Assembly (NCBI GenBank): GCA_964016885.1
Contig: OZ024757.1
Location: 36,146,001 to 36,210,000, forward strand
Source: Eledone cirrhosa
Lineage: Eukaryota
Direction of reading: 5' to 3'
DNA: 64,000 bases
Shown: positions 26,171-41,919 of the stretch, piece by piece
How positions within the stretch are numbered: the stretch's first letter is position 1
Layout: each line of letters begins with the position of its first letter
Notes under the pieces: model-generated
Databases searched by the model: none
Seen by the model: only the letters and a program-made list of their open reading frames with translations
What the model was told of the DNA's origin: nothing
Made by a program: the position numbers and the translations under genes

Positions 26171-26947
26171 ACTCATTCTTTATTTAAAGCACTCACACAT
26201 AGGTGTGGCAGACATAGCTGTGTGGTTAAGGAGTTTACTTTGCAACCACATAATTTCAGTTTTGGTTTCCAACACAGCGTGTGACATCTTGTATAAATGC
26301 TTTCTGCGATTATAGCTTTTGGTTTCACTAATGCCTTGTCACTAAAATTTGGTTGAAAGAAACTGCAGAAGTCTATTGTGTGTGTGCGTGTGTATATATA
26401 CATATATATGTACATGCACACACTGTAAAGTGGTCGTTTAGGTGTTTGCGCCCAGTCCACACTGTAGAGTGTGTTGTCACAACAAAAAGCTCCCAACACA
26501 CGCTATATAGTCGGAATTATGAAGGGCATCCTACCATAGAAACAAAGCCATAAACAATTCTGTGTGAGTAAGTCATGGGACAACCCTTCTAACCCATGCA
26601 GTGTGGATAAATGGATGTTAAACACTGATGGTGATTGTGTATGTGTGCGTGTGTGTGCTGCTGTTTATATCCTATAACTTCACATTTTGCTGAAATAAAG
26701 ACATTGATATTCGTACCAGCCATGAAAATAAATACTAATATTCATATGTTTGACCAAATCCTTTAATCCCTTCAGTGCAGTGCCCCAGCATGGCTCCAGT
26801 CTAATGAGTGAAACCAATAAAAGAATATATGAATAAATTCTTGTACTGATATACATACTCGAGTACGCGCGCGCACGCACACACGCACACACACACACGT
26901 GTATATACGCGAGACCGTACATAAGCAAGACGACAGATTGTCTAGGC

Positions 26948-27050
26948 CAGGGGTCGGCAACAAACCCCTGGTCTGTGGGCCACATTCGGCGCATGAAGTA
27001 TTTTTGTCCGGCCTGCCAACAGATTTTAATCTTAGGCTAAGCGATCCCTG
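26948..27050 (+). mobile_element. hAT (Charlie-like) left-end fragment
   Basis: caggggtcggcaac...gtgggccacattcggc...ccggcc; a right-end-like motif aaagggttgcccatacctg lies at ~15182-15200. Confidence 0.5.
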
Positions 27051-27669
27051 AAAAAGTGTTCTGAATCATTTGGGATTAGAATACCGACCAGAGAACGCAT
27101 CTAGCCACAATACTCAGCTGAACGTAATGTTTTAATGTGACAGTAACAAACAATCAAACTCAGACAGACATCGAGGTCAAGGGCACTGTGTGTGTATTCG
27201 TGTGTGTGTGTGTGTGCGTGTGTATTCGTGTATATACTTACTTACATACATAGTATGTGTATGGCAGGGATGTGGAATGACCCAGACTTACCTAAGTCAG
27301 CATGTCTGACATACAGTTATGTCATTATATCCTCAAAATCTTCCATTTGAGTTTGCTGTCTGGTAGTAAAACATCTGTAAGTGACTCTATTCAATAATAA
27401 TCAATGTTTATTTATTTTTCCATGTTAAAAGATTTCAATATTATTAGAAGTAAAATTTGTCATTGAACAAATGGCAAACCTGATCTAAATACACCACCAG
27501 CTATCGTGGTTTTGTCACAGTTTATTAAAAATGTCAATATTTTATTGTATTACTGTATTCGTTTTTGCATATGTTCTCATTACTTATTTGATATCATGAG
27601 ATGGTGATTGTTATTCTCATCATTATTTTCACTACTGTATTGTCATGGGTTAGAACATGTCTTGGTTGT

Positions 27670-28040
27670 ACACCACCTTTTCTACACCACCACTACTTCC
27701 TCTACACCACCACCACCTCCACTACACCACCACCTCCACTACACCACCACCTCCACTACACCACCACCTCCACTACACCACCACCTCCACTACACCACCA
27801 CCTCCACTACACCACCACCTCCACTACACCACCACCTCCACTACATCACCCCTCCACTACACCACCTTTTCACTACATCACCCCTCCACTACACCACCTC
27901 TCCACTACACCACCACCTCTCTACTACACCACCACCTCTACTACACCATCACCCCCACTACACCACCTCCACTACACCTCTCCACATCATCATCTCTCCA
28001 CTACACCACCTCTCCACTACACCCCACTACACCACCACCC
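27670..28040. repeat. C-rich ~17-bp minisatellite
   Basis: ccacctccactacacca repeated and decaying. Confidence 0.9.
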
Positions 28041-29730
28041 GTCCACTTCTTTCCTTAGACTTCTATCCTTTGTGAGACTCAATCTTTTGAGGTCAGCTTT
28101 CATCATCCTGGCCCACGTCTTCCTTGGTCTTCCTCTTCTATGGCTACCTTCCACTCAGAACTCTTGGCAGCACAGTCTTCTCTCTTCTACCCAGTATCTT
28201 TGAGGGTTGGCTGAAAAGTTAATAAGCTAACCAAGATGCTCTCATGGAATGACCAAATGACGTTTATTTTTCAACGTAGTCCCCAGAGAGAAACATGCAG
28301 TTTTTGTATGTAAGAAGTGTTGAAATTAATGCATACAAGATTTGACAGCTCTAGCATCGTTCCATCATAGTGAGCCTATGAACTTTTCAGCTGACCCTTG
28401 TAATTCCTCTCATACCCAGGCTTTCTCTCAGCTCATCTGTACATCATCATTCATGCCCACTAACATTACACATCGGAATCAGAGCATGCTTACTTCTCTC
28501 TACTGTATATCCTCTCTATTCACCTCCCATGTCTTGCTATCATGTAAAATTGTGCATTGCATGCAGGCCTTATACAATGTACTGTTCGCTCTGAAAGAGA
28601 ATCCCTTTATTGTCAACAGACCTAGAAACTCCTTGAACTTTTTCCACTGGTTGTTACACTTTCAGAGCAACCTTCTCCTCCTCTTTCTTCGCCCACTTAT
28701 TCCTGAGAGGGTCGTGGGGGAAGGATTCTGAAACACACCTTCAAGTGGTTCCTGTCAGAAACAATCATCTCCAACTGATCACTGGATCTCCAAATGAAAC
28801 CAGCCAAGCTCAAGGATGTTATCCAACCCTCTTGCTCAGGTCTACCCCTGACTCCATCACTGCTAATTAGGTCACCTAAGTAACACAAGCTATTAACTAC
28901 TTCTATGGGACTTTCCCTGGATACAGTTTATTTCACTGGTGCTCTAACTATACCTGTTCATAGAATTATGATAGGTTTCCGGATAAATATAAACACTAAC
29001 CCTTTTGTTACAATATTTCTAATGAGGGTCTTTATGATTTTCAAATAATTTTCAAAATAATCAAGAATCTAGAAGGATTTAGCAATATAACTATCTTTGT
29101 CATTGTGGAGGTGCATGGCCTAGTGGTAAGCATGTTGCACTTATGATCATAATGTTGTGGGTTTGATTCCTGGACTGGGTTGTGTGTTGTATTCTTGAAC
29201 TAAACACTTCATTTCATGTTGCTCCTGTATACTTAGCTGAAAATGAGTAGGAGCAATAGCTGGGGTTTTGGCTCTGTGGTGAACAGGTGTCCTGTTCAGG
29301 GAGTGGGGTGGTACTCTCAGTTGCTTAACACCTCAGAAACCAAGATAAGCACTGGCTTGCTGAGCTTGAGACAGACTTTAACCTTGTGCTGGACTGGTGT
29401 CCTGTCCAGGAGAAGCCTTGTACTCTCAGTCACTTAACATGTCAGAAACCAGGGTAAGCATCAGCCTGATAAGCTTCCGGACGTGAGACTGACTTCTATC
29501 TTTGTGATTATTAAGTTGATATTTGGAACATAACTTAACAAGGGTTCTTATAAAATTATGATAGTAGTTTTATTATTATTATTTTTTTATAAATATAAAT
29601 ATAAACAGCTTAAATTATTGAAGCATGGGCAGATTCAGGTAGTTTTGGGGTCAAAATAGTTATTTTCTCCACAACAATGAGGACTTTTAATTTTCCTTGG
29701 TTTATTTTTATTTTTTCTTGTTAATCACAG

Positions 29731-29772
29731 GATCCAATATAAGTGCCAGGAATAGATATTTAGCTGGTAATG
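29731..29772 (+). CDS. Short coding exon (42 nt, phase 1-1) of the host gene
   Basis: ttttttcttgttaatcacag| acceptor and G|gtaagt donor; SNISARNRYLAGN continues the frame of exon 21394-21627. Confidence 0.7.
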
Positions 29773-29824
29773 GTAAGTATTCAGATTTTTAATTAATTTA
29801 TTTTTATATCTATCCTTTATCCTA

Positions 29825-30672
29825 CCGAGGCAAACTTAGCCTATCAACTGTCTGTGATGAGGAGGTCATTGTTACAATGAAGTGTCAGTCAAATACTGGG
29901 GTCAATTTAATCAACTAATCACCTCCTCTCAACTCCTGGCCTTCTGTCAGAATTAGTTATTCCTTACGGGGTCGATAAAATAAAGTACCAGTAATGCACT
30001 GAGACAATTGCTGGCCTTGTGCCAAAAGTAGAAACAATTATTATTATTATCTTGCCATTCTGAGTTCAAATCCCGCCTAGGTTAACTTTGCCTTTCATCC
30101 TTACGGGGGTCGATAAAATAAAGTACCAGTAATGCACTGGGATTATTGCTGGCCTTGTGCCAAAAGTAGAAACAATTATTATTATTATTGTTATTAGCGT
30201 AGTGGATGGCAGTATCGATAGTGTTGGACATCATGCTTCACAACATAATTACGTCCCTTTACGGTCTGAGTTCAAATCCCGCCGAGGTTAGCTTTGCCTT
30301 TCATCCTTACGGAGTCGATAAAATAGAGCACCAGTGATTCACTGGGGTAGATTTAATTGTATTTTCCCTCTCCCAAATTGCTGGCCTTGTGCCTTTAGTA
30401 GAAATAGTTATTATTAGTATTACATTTACCAGTAACCCACTGGGGTCAATTTAATTGACTTTTTCTTCCCCCAAAAATCACTGGTCTTGTCCCCAAATCA
30501 GAAACCATTATTATTGTTAGGGTAGTAGACTGGCAGTTTTGCTAGAGCATCGGACACCAGGCTTTGTTGTAGAGTTACAGCCCTTTCCATTCTGATTTCT
30601 AATCCCGCCAAGGTTAGCTTTGCCTTTCATCCTTATGTTGTTGATAAAATAAAGTACCAGTAATGCACTGGA
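29825..30672 (+). mobile_element. Tandem cluster of about 5 family-B SINE units
   Basis: Repeated ctttgcctttcatccttacggggtcgataaaataaagtaccagt separated by (att)n. Confidence 0.85.
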
Positions 30673-33639
30673 GTCTGTCTCGAGCTCGGAGCCTCATCAG
30701 GCCGGTGCTTATCTCAGTTTTTGTCATGTGAAGCGACTGAGAGTACAAGATTCCCGCCTGGACAGGTCACCACTCCATCGCAGGGTTAAACCCTCAGCTA
30801 TTGCTGGTACTCGTTTTCAGCTGAGTATACTGGAGCAACGTGAAATGAAGTGTTTTGCTCAAGAACACAACACACAACCCAGGAATCGAACCCATGACAT
30901 TATGATCGTAAGACGAACGCCCTTACCACTAGGCCACATGCTTGGGGGTTGATGTAATCAACTGTCCTTTCCCCTAAAATTGTTAGCCTTGTGCCTATAT
31001 CAGAAACCATTATTATTTCTAGTTTCTTTATTTTCTTCCCTCATTCTCTCTGTTTTTACAGTTTTCTGTACCTTTCAAAAGTTGTTAGATTGTTGAATTC
31101 TAGGTTCCATTTAGGTTCCATTCCTGGACCGGGCAGTATATTGTGTTCTTGGGGGTTATATTCTATGTCATGTTGCTCTTTCTGCCTGGAGTTGTGACTG
31201 ACAGATAGTATCAGCAATAGAAACACCTATGGAAACATTGTTTCCCTGATCTGACCTGATGATCACTCCCTTCTGCACACTTTTTTTTTTGTTGGTCTTT
31301 CAAAATCCTTGAATCTCTCTATCAATTTAAATGATAATAAGATCATTATTGCTCCAATCAGTCCACAAACTCCCTGAACCTAATGCCAACCTGTACTCAT
31401 GACTCCTGCCAAACCAAACTTTACTCACCTGATGCCGCCTCCTCCTCCTCCTCCTCATCACCACCACCACCACTATCATCACCACTACCACTGCCATCAT
31501 CACCACCACTATCAATATCAACACCATCATCATCATTGTCATACATCCACTTTTCCATGCTGGCATGGGTTGGATGGGTTATCGTAAACCAAGTCAGTAC
31601 TAATTTGGATATACTATCCTCATAAAGAGGCAGTGATCTCACATTTGTTTACATAGGTCCAAGTTTGGCCATGATTTCTACAGCTGGATGTCCTTCCTAA
31701 TGCCAACCACTTTACAGAGTGTAGTAGGTGTATTTGAGAATTTTTCTTTTTTATAAGGAAGATGATGATGATAGTGTCTAACAGAGGTACAATGTTTTAT
31801 ATTTTACGGTGAAGGTGTCAATTAAATCCCCTAGAAAGATGACAGATGACTTTTCTGGGACTTAAACACAACAGTTTTAGTAAAACACCTTTGCTAAATC
31901 TTTGAACTGTGTGTTTATCAGTTATCTGTTGCAAATTATTGATAAAATGTCTCTTCTTCACTTCTTCGGGTGCTTCTCAACAGCTCCATCACCTCTCGGC
32001 TCTCCTCTTCTGCTGCCAGATGTCACCGAACAAGTATGAGATGTATACATACAGCTCATGGAGAAGGCTGTACAAATCCAGCAATTTACCCCTCATGGGG
32101 AAGACAGCTCAAATCCTTGTCTCCTGTACTTCATGGGTTGTTGTTGGTCTTTCGTAGCACTTCACCTCTATTACTGAGAGTTTTGCTGGCCATCGAAGTA
32201 GGTTACTGAAGGCATTCCTGTGATCCAGCCTGTTGTTTGTCCCATATATGAGGATTTGGCTAAAAAGCTCATTGCCTGACCAAGATACTCTCCTGGAATG
32301 ACCAAATGGAGTTTATTTTTCAACATAGTCCCCGGAAAGAAACAATGCAATTATTAACAAGAAGAGGTGATATTTATGCATGCAAGATTTTACAGCACTA
32401 GCATCACTCCTTCATAGTCAGCCTATGAACTTTTCAGCCAACCCTTATACATCTGCTCGGAACTGAGTAGAATGTGCCTGTTGTGGTCAGCCAAAAACCA
32501 AATTGTGGCTTTGTTGCCATATTACACCTTTGCCTCTTGGGCTTATTAGACGGCTTTTGCCCCGTCCCTTTGTGTCTCAGAATACAAGCAGCTGAAATGG
32601 GGTTACTCCTTTGGAGTAATGTCATTTGATAGTGTATAACTCGGAGATCAGAGAGTTGTCCAAGGTGGAGCTGCTACTTCTCTGACAGATCACAGCTCTG
32701 ATAATATGGACATGTGGTTAGAATGTCTCAGGAAAGAATTGCTGAACAGATTTTACAGGCAAATCCAACTGGCAGGAGACCCAGTGGGGAGATCCTGAGC
32801 AAGATGGTTGGATAACATCCATGAGCTCAGCTGGTCTCACTTGGGGATCTAGACAAATCAATTGGAGATGGTTGCTTCTGATAGGACTAGCTGAAAGGTA
32901 TGTTTGAGGACTCTACACCCACAACCTTCCCATGAATGTGAGCAAGGCAGAGTATGTCATATCTCTGACAATGCAGCCTTTTTGTTTTGCATTGAAGAAT
33001 TGGCCACGGGCCAATCTCACTGCAAGCATGTCGGTTGTGATGCCTTTTCTAAATGCCTCATCTAGCTTCCTACTAGCTCTCCTAATCTAATTTTCTTTAT
33101 CACTAATCCTTTACTAAAACTAAGCGATTCTACTTCTAAGGGCAAGCTACCATTTGCATTTGGTTGTTTTGCTGCCACAAAAAGCACCAAGTTCACACTG
33201 AAAATGTGTTGGCATTAAGAAGAGCATCTTGCTGCAGAAACAAAGCCAGAAACAGTTCTGTATCAGCAAGACACGGTCATCTGACCTGACTTAACTGACA
33301 ACAGGACAACTCGTCTAACCTATGGTAGTGTGGAAAAATGGATGTTAAACAGTGATGATGATGATTGCCTTTATCAATGTCCGCTTACGTAATTCAGTAA
33401 TCCAGTCTCTGTAAGATGTACCAGGAACAACGTGTTAAGCTTCCTGCAACTGGGATTCTGTTTATAGATTTTTTTTTTTTTATATAAGTCTACTATGTAG
33501 TCGACTAGTTTAAATTGTGGACAACCTATGCTAATGTTATCTACTTTCTTACGGAATACTCTATCTAGATACACTCTGGACAACTTGATATCATTTGATC
33601 ATGTCTACATTAACACCTTCTAAGATAGCATTGCAGTCA

Positions 33640-34600
33640 GGATGAAAGGCAAAGTTCACCTTGGCATAATTTGAACTCACGATGTAAAGGCCTGCAATTT
33701 GGGAGAGTTTGGATGTTGATTAAATGGACCCCCAGTCCATTACTGGTACTTTATTTTATTGACCCTAGAAGGATGAAAGGCAAAGTTGACCTCGGTAGGA
33801 TTTGAACTGAGAACGTAAAGAACTGTAGCTTAATATTACAAGGCACTGATGCAGATTACTATCAATCCTCTCCTTAACCCTTTAGTGTTCAAACTGGCCA
33901 GAATTCTCTACCTCTTTCTGTTGAAACTGGCTGTAACTGGTCACTCATACTGATGTTAAGGTATTGTTCTCAAAATAAATACTTTCAAAATCTCATAGTT
34001 TCGATATTATGTGAGATATTATGTAAGGTAAAGCCTTTACCATGAAAATATAATAGTATATATATAGAGTAATGTGATTGCTAAAGGGTTAATAATTGTT
34101 TCTGGCACAAGGCCAGCAATTACCCAGTACATTACTGGTACTTTATTTTATCGACCCCGTAAGTATAAAAGGCAACGTTACCCTTGGCGGGATTTGAACT
34201 GAGAATGACAAGGGCTGCAACTCTATGCGTCAAAACCTGTTGTCCGACCCTCTACCGATACTGCCAATCCACCTCCTTAATAATTGTTTCTACTTTAGGC
34301 ACAAGGCCAGCAATTACCCAGTGCATTACTGGTACTTTATTTTATCGACCCCGTAAGGATGAAAGGCAAAGTCAACCTCGGCGGGATTTGAACTCAGATC
34401 GTAAAGGGACGTAACTATGCTGGAAAGCATGGCATCCGACCCCCTACCGATACTGCCAATCCACCAAATAATGGTTTCTAATTTAAGGCCAACAATTTTA
34501 GGAGGAGAGAAAATTGATTAAATTGACCTCAGTGTGTTACTGGTACTTTATTTAACCCATAAGGTGAAAGACAAAACTAACCTCTGCAGGACTAGCTAAT
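33640..34600 (-). mobile_element. Cluster of family-B SINE units interrupted by a TTAA MITE at 33874-34092
   Basis: Reverse-complement SINE B motifs; MITE ttaaccctttag...ctaaagggttaa. Confidence 0.85.
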
Positions 34601-34859
34601 AATAATAATAATTTCTTATAAATTCGTAATGGAAAAATTTCTGTTATTGCATTTTATTAAGACCCCCGCCCCCCCCACACACACATTTTGCTAATTTCTT
34701 TCTAATTAGTATTCACTTTCACAGCTCTGCTATTTTGATAAATCCTATTTTTTTTTCTTTATTTTCTCTATATAATTTAGCACCCCACCCCCTGTTGCTT
34801 TAAAGTCCTATCTTACCTATATAACATTGCAGACACACTGTCACACACGGACACAGTCA

Positions 34860-35031
<172 letters not shown>

Positions 35032-35588
35032 CACAACACAGGTGCGCACACACAAATTAAAATGGTGTGTGTGTCTAGTTGTTAGAGCATTCAGCTTAGG
35101 ATCATAATGTAGGTTCAATTCCTGGCCTGGTCGATGTGTCCTTGAGCAAGTTACTTCACACTTCATTTCTTGATGTTCTAGTTCATTAAGTTGAAAATAT
35201 GTACCAACATCAACCGAATGGAGTTAGCTCTGTGATGAACTGGGGCCCAGTCGAGGGAGTTCAATACTCTCTGTTACTTAACAGCCAGGAAACCAGGAAT
35301 TTATTACTCCCTGTTACTTAACAGCCAGGAAACTTAATGGAGAGAAAGAGAGGTCATTGATAGTCACAAGCTGCAACAAAACAACTTTGATGATTCTATT
35401 AATTAAATCAGTTGACGCGTTAATGAATTAATTACCTGTTTGATTAATAAAAGCAGTGTGTATTTTTGGCTGTGATTCTCACTGTTTCAACATAATTTTA
35501 CATTAAGAATCTTACAAAACACGATATATAATCATCATCATCATCATCATCATTTTATATCTATTTTCCAATCTAGTATGGATTAAAC

Positions 35589-36018
35589 CAGTGTTTTCTC
35601 AACCTTCTTATCTTTGTGGAACCCTTGAAATAGTTTTCATGTATCAGGGAACTCCTGGGTAAAAATTATTATATACTTTTATTATCTCTTTTATATTTTT
35701 ATCATAGTTTACATGTTAAACATAATATAGTTTTTCGAATAACTGGTTTAAGGAACCCCCCCCCCCCTTTTTTGTCAGATTTATTGGCGATGATGCAAAA
35801 AAAAAAGTTTTAAATGATATAAGAGATGGAAGCCTTTATTATAATAAGCAGGGATTTTCCAACAATTTACTGCACGTGTAGAGAAAAATTACAAATATAA
35901 AAATTAGACAAAAATCACTCAAAAATACATCAACTTATTTGTCACTCTTTCTCACAGAACTCCTAATTACCTCTTGCAAAACCCTAGGGTTCTGGGGAAC
36001 ACTGGTTGAGAAATGCTG
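35589..36018. mobile_element. hAT-type MITE inserted into an RTE-tail SINE
   Basis: TIRs cagtgttttctcaacc / ggttgagaaatgctg; degenerate 8-bp TSD gattaaac / ggttagat. Confidence 0.7.
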
Positions 36019-36309
36019 GGTTAGATGGGTTACATTCTGAGGCTAGATATGGCAGATATGTCTTGTTCATATGTTTTATTCTAGCAAGATTTCGAAGGCT
36101 ATATGCCTTTCCTAACACCAGCACTTTACAGAGTGTACTAGGTGTATATTATTGTGGCACCACCACTTTACAGAGTGTTCTAGGTGTATATTATTGTGGC
36201 ACCAGCACAGTAATATTAAATATTTACGAATGTCCAAATTCCATGAAACAGTATTATTATTGACCAAGGGATTATTTCCTGTTTAAGCAAAAAATGGCAG
36301 CAAAAATGT

Positions 36310-36822
36310 TTAAACCCTTTTGATACCAACCCAACCAAACACGGCTCTGGTTCTAAGAAAGCCCCACCCCCACCCCATTTCAAACAATTCCTATATAAAG
36401 TTATATCTTCCAACGTGATATTATACAAGAACCATATGTTAAGTTATTTCATTAGGAATGAAACAACTTAACATATGGTTCTTGTATAATATCATGTTGG
36501 AAGATATAACTTTATATAGGAATTGTTTGAGGGCGGTGAATTGGCAGTATTGGTAGAGGGGCGGACGCCATGCTTTCTAGCAGAGTTACCTCCCTTTATG
36601 GTCTGAGTTCAAATCCCGTCGAGGTTCACTTTGCCTTTCATCCTCACAGGGTCAATAACATAAAGTACCAGTAACGTACTGGGATAATTGCTGGCCTTGT
36701 GCCAAAAGTAGAAACAATTATATTAGGAATGAAATAATTTATCAGTTGAGTAAATTCTTCAAAATTCTTCATTAATTAATTGAAAGAATATATTTTGTTA
36801 TAAGTACTGTAACAAAAGGGTT
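36310..36822 (+). mobile_element. Composite TTAA-CCC MITE with palindrome and SINE B (copy 2)
   Basis: Palindrome 36380-36530; SINE 36531-36720; ends ...aacaaaagggtt. Confidence 0.8.
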
Positions 36823-37205
36823 CATCTGCTTTACTGGGGTGAAATTGAGAAAGAATGGTCTGTCTGTGTGTAGTAATTTGTTAGGGGGAGAGAGAGAGTG
36901 TGTGTTCTATCTAAAGATATCTGTCTGTAGCAATATGTTGTGTGACAGCTGTCCATGTTGTGTGAAGCCAGGAGTGTGTGTGTGTCTATGTCTGTCTGTC
37001 TGTCTGTCTGTCTGAGACTGTGTAGCAATGTTGTGTGAAGTCAAGAGTGTATCTGTCTGTGGTTGTCTGTCTGTCTCTGTCTGACTGTCCGTCTATCTCT
37101 CTGTCTTTGTCTGCCTGACTGTCCGTCTCTGTCTGTCTTTGTCTGCCTGACTGTCTGCCTGTCTGTCTGTGTGTGTGTGAATGTCTGTGTCTGTCTGTCT
37201 GTCCC

Positions 37206-37238
<33 letters not shown>

Positions 37239-37614
37239 GTCAGTGTGTGTGTATGTCTGTGTCAGTGTGTGAGTGTGTCTGTGTATGTGTATGTCTGTGT
37301 GAGTGTGTGTCTGTGTGTGTGTCAGTGTGTGATTGTGTAACAATGTTGTGAAGAGCTGAAGTACTAAGTAGCTGGTGATATGATCTCAGTTGATCACATG
37401 ATTGCTGACCAGTTCTCATTAATTACAACTTTAATTAATCTGCACCCAAACTTATTTGTTGCTAGTGGTATAGGTAGCTAGGTAGATGTAGATAGGTATG
37501 TAGATAGCTAGCTGGCTAGCTATAGATAGGTATGTAGTTAGGTAGATAGACAGATAGATTGTTGGTTGGTAGATATAGACAGATATGGGTATGTAGGTAT
37601 AGATATACAGATAG

Positions 37615-38045
37615 AGAGATTTCTTTATTTGCCACAAGGGCGCACAAGAAAAGGGGGCAAAACAAGGACACATGCCGGGGATTTTACATACAGTCGTGTG
37701 TAAAAATATTGAAACAAACAAATTAAACAGTCGAAATCCCCAATCGGGGGGAGGCGCCACAAATGGGTTGTTTAATACCTCGTCGATAGAACAACCCTCA
37801 ACTTCAGGAGCGTGTTGTGCAAGTGCTCCTTTCTTCCTTTTGCTCTCTTCAACCTATAGGTTTATATACAGAGAAGGCCCAATCACTCGGGCCATTTTTT
37901 GCCACATTCACCCACCTTTCAGTAAATTTACTGGGGTGCAGTGCCTCTCTCTCCGCTCTGATTCTCCTTCTAAAGTGGTACCTAAAGAAGGGAATAAGTC
38001 TCAGTCCTCTCAATCTCGCCCACCATATAACTTCTTTCACCATAG
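37615..38045 (-). mobile_element. Probable L1/Tx1-clade LINE 3' end in a (GATA)n tract
   Basis: VKEVIWWARLRGL...RRIRAEREAL...FTERWVNVAK then UTR with aataaa; (gata)n-like repeats on both sides. Confidence 0.55.
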
Positions 38046-38173
38046 ATAGGTAGATAGATAGATAGATAGATATAGGTAGATGGATGGTTAGATAGGCAGA
38101 TAGGTAAGGTGGTAGGGAGGTAGATAAGTTAGTCGGAGAGAGTGGAGGAGTAAGATGTTTTAGTGTCTCTCTT

Positions 38174-38235
38174 ATGGATTCTCAAACGGCAGCAGCGTTT
38201 AATGTCTCTGTCACCCCGATAGCTATTTCTCAGCA
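38174..38235 (+). other. Possible alternative first exon (MDSQTAAAFNVSVTPIAISQ, phase 2)
   Basis: Non-repetitive island ending CAGCA|gtaagt; the phase does not match the other exons. Confidence 0.25.
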
Positions 38236-38489
38236 GTAAGTTATCTCTCTCTCTCTCTTTCTCTCTCACCCACTTTCTCACTCTCTGTCTATCATCATCA
38301 TCATCATCATCATCATCATTCATAACTGCCAGTTATATATGTAGCTATAGGTGTGAAGTCTAGCAGGATTGTGTGTGTACGTGTATACAGAACGTACAGG
38401 ATGACTGTGTGTGTGTGTGTCCCCACATACACACACACCATTTCATTTCACAAATATGACCATCTATGTAAGAAGGAAAAGCAATCTTT

Positions 38490-39737
<1,248 letters not shown>

Positions 39738-40792
39738 TAACTTTGAATAACTTTGAAATGTTTTGGCCAGTATTGGCCCAGGCCATGTCTAACTTAATAG
39801 CACCACCTGGCGAAGTCTTTCAATTCAGGATTTGGGCACCATGGCCCATTCGAGAAGAGAATTACTGTTTGCGGAGACATATCCGGGTGTGGGTGGTTTG
39901 TCCGGGATTACTTGGAGGAATTTGTCCAAAGACTTCTTGAATTTTGTGTGGTCAGTTTCTGTTTTGACGTGTCCTGGTGTGATGTTGAAGAGAGCAGGGC
40001 CGATTGAGGTGAAATAATTGTGCCGTATTGTTGTTATGAGTTGCGATTTAGATTTTTGAATGGGACGGATAGCACGGGGCCCAAGCCTTGGGTGTATCTT
40101 GAAGGCGATGCCAACATCATTTGGGCAGTGATGATGGAACATTTTCCACATCATGCAGATAATATAACGCTCACGGCGACGTTGGAGTGAGTAAAGTTTC
40201 AGGTTTTCCAATCGACCCCAGTAGTCAAGGTCTGACATGCCATCTATCTTTTTCGTGATTGCCCTTTGAGGAGCTTCAAGTTTCATGATACTTTGTTTCG
40301 TGTGGGGAGACCACAGTGGACAACAGTATTCAAGGTGTGGTCGGGCGAAAGTAGAGAAGAGAAGGATAATGGTGCGGGAATCTCTCGACTGGAAGGTTCT
40401 GAGGATCCAGGAACACATTCTGCGGGCCATGTCAACTTTGCTGCTTATATGCGTGGTCCAGCTTATGTTGCTGTCCACGGTTACTCCCAAGTCTCTGATG
40501 TTGTTAGATGCCACGAGAGTTTCCCCGGAGGGAAGGGAGTACGGGAGTTTCAGAGCATCCTCTTTTCCAAAGTGGATCAGTTCGAATTTGTCTTCGTTCA
40601 GTAACATGTTGTTCTTTTCTGCCCATTGGGTAACAGCCAGTAGGTCTGACTGAAGGCTTATCCGGTCATCCACGCCATTGATGACCTTTTGGAGCTTGGA
40701 ATCATCAGCGAAAATTTTAATGTTGCTGTGTTTGATGATGTCAGTGATGTCATTAATATAGATGATGAAGAGAAGTGGGCCCAACACAGTGC
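39738..40792 (-). mobile_element. 5'-truncated CR1/L2-group LINE with an uninterrupted 320-aa RT C-terminal frame (39825-40787)
   Basis: [13 protein letters not shown]...[10 protein letters not shown]...LQSDL...RDLGV...RPHLEYCCPLWSP...LYSLQRRRER; tail tcaaagttat x2; embedded in (TA)n. Confidence 0.92.
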
Positions 40793-40939
40793 CATATATA
40801 TGTATGTATATCTATATATATATATGTATGTATGTATATATATGTATGTATGTATATGTATATATATGTATGTATATGTATATATATGTATGTATATATA
40901 TGTATATATATGTATGTATATGTATATATATGTATATGT

Positions 40940-40985
<46 letters not shown>

Positions 40986-41042
40986 ATGTATATATATATG
41001 TATGCATATATATGTATGTATGTATATGTATATATATGTATG

Positions 41043-41081
<39 letters not shown>

Positions 41082-41272
41082 GTATGTATATATATATATG
41101 TATGTATGTATATGTATATATATATGTATGCATATATATGTATGTATGTATATGTATATATATGTATGTATGTATATGTATATATGTATGTATGTATATG
41201 TATATATATATGTATGCATATATATGTATGTATGTATATGTATATATATGTATGTATGTATGTATATGTATG

Positions 41273-41315
<43 letters not shown>

Positions 41316-41384
41316 GTTAAAATACTGGAGCGTGTTGGAGTTAAACAATATATATATATATGTATGTATATATGTATGTATATC

Positions 41385-41797
41385 CCGGGAGAGATGACCC
41401 CTTAGCCTTTGTCAAGGCAGAATTCTAGGAGAAGGAAAACTCTGATATAACACCTGCAACCCTGATGGTATCCAATGATGTTAACTTGTTCTTCTTTTTG
41501 GTAAATATCATCTTGGTTAAGAGAGTGGGACTGGCTTTGTGCAGTGCTTTTGCTCACTATAAAAGTTTCACGGCACAGGCATTGCTTTATATCTGGAGAT
41601 CTCTCTGCACTTGTCGTCACATGGTGCCATGGGCCCAGCACTATGTGTCAATAATTGTCACAAGTGTAGTCTTTGTACCAGAGTTTTCAAGTCGCTGGCT
41701 GGACTAAAAAGTCACACTCGTTCAGCGCATCGGTAGGGGTTCTCCTACATGGATATAAAGTAGTGGCCGTACTCGAAAACGAGTTGGCAGCCACCAT
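41385..41797 (+). mobile_element. Non-autonomous RTE-derived element, copy 2
   Basis: Near-identical to 5146-5552 and 60945-61357. Confidence 0.8.
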
Positions 41798-41840
41798 GTA
41801 TGTATATATATATATGTATATATATGTATGTATATGTGTG

Positions 41841-41916
<76 letters not shown>

Positions 41917-41919
41917 AAG

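Noticed and set aside
27601-28203. Pro/His/Thr-rich extensin-like ORFs
   Set aside because: C-rich minisatellite with no splice or codon evidence; the same applies to 59823-60589.
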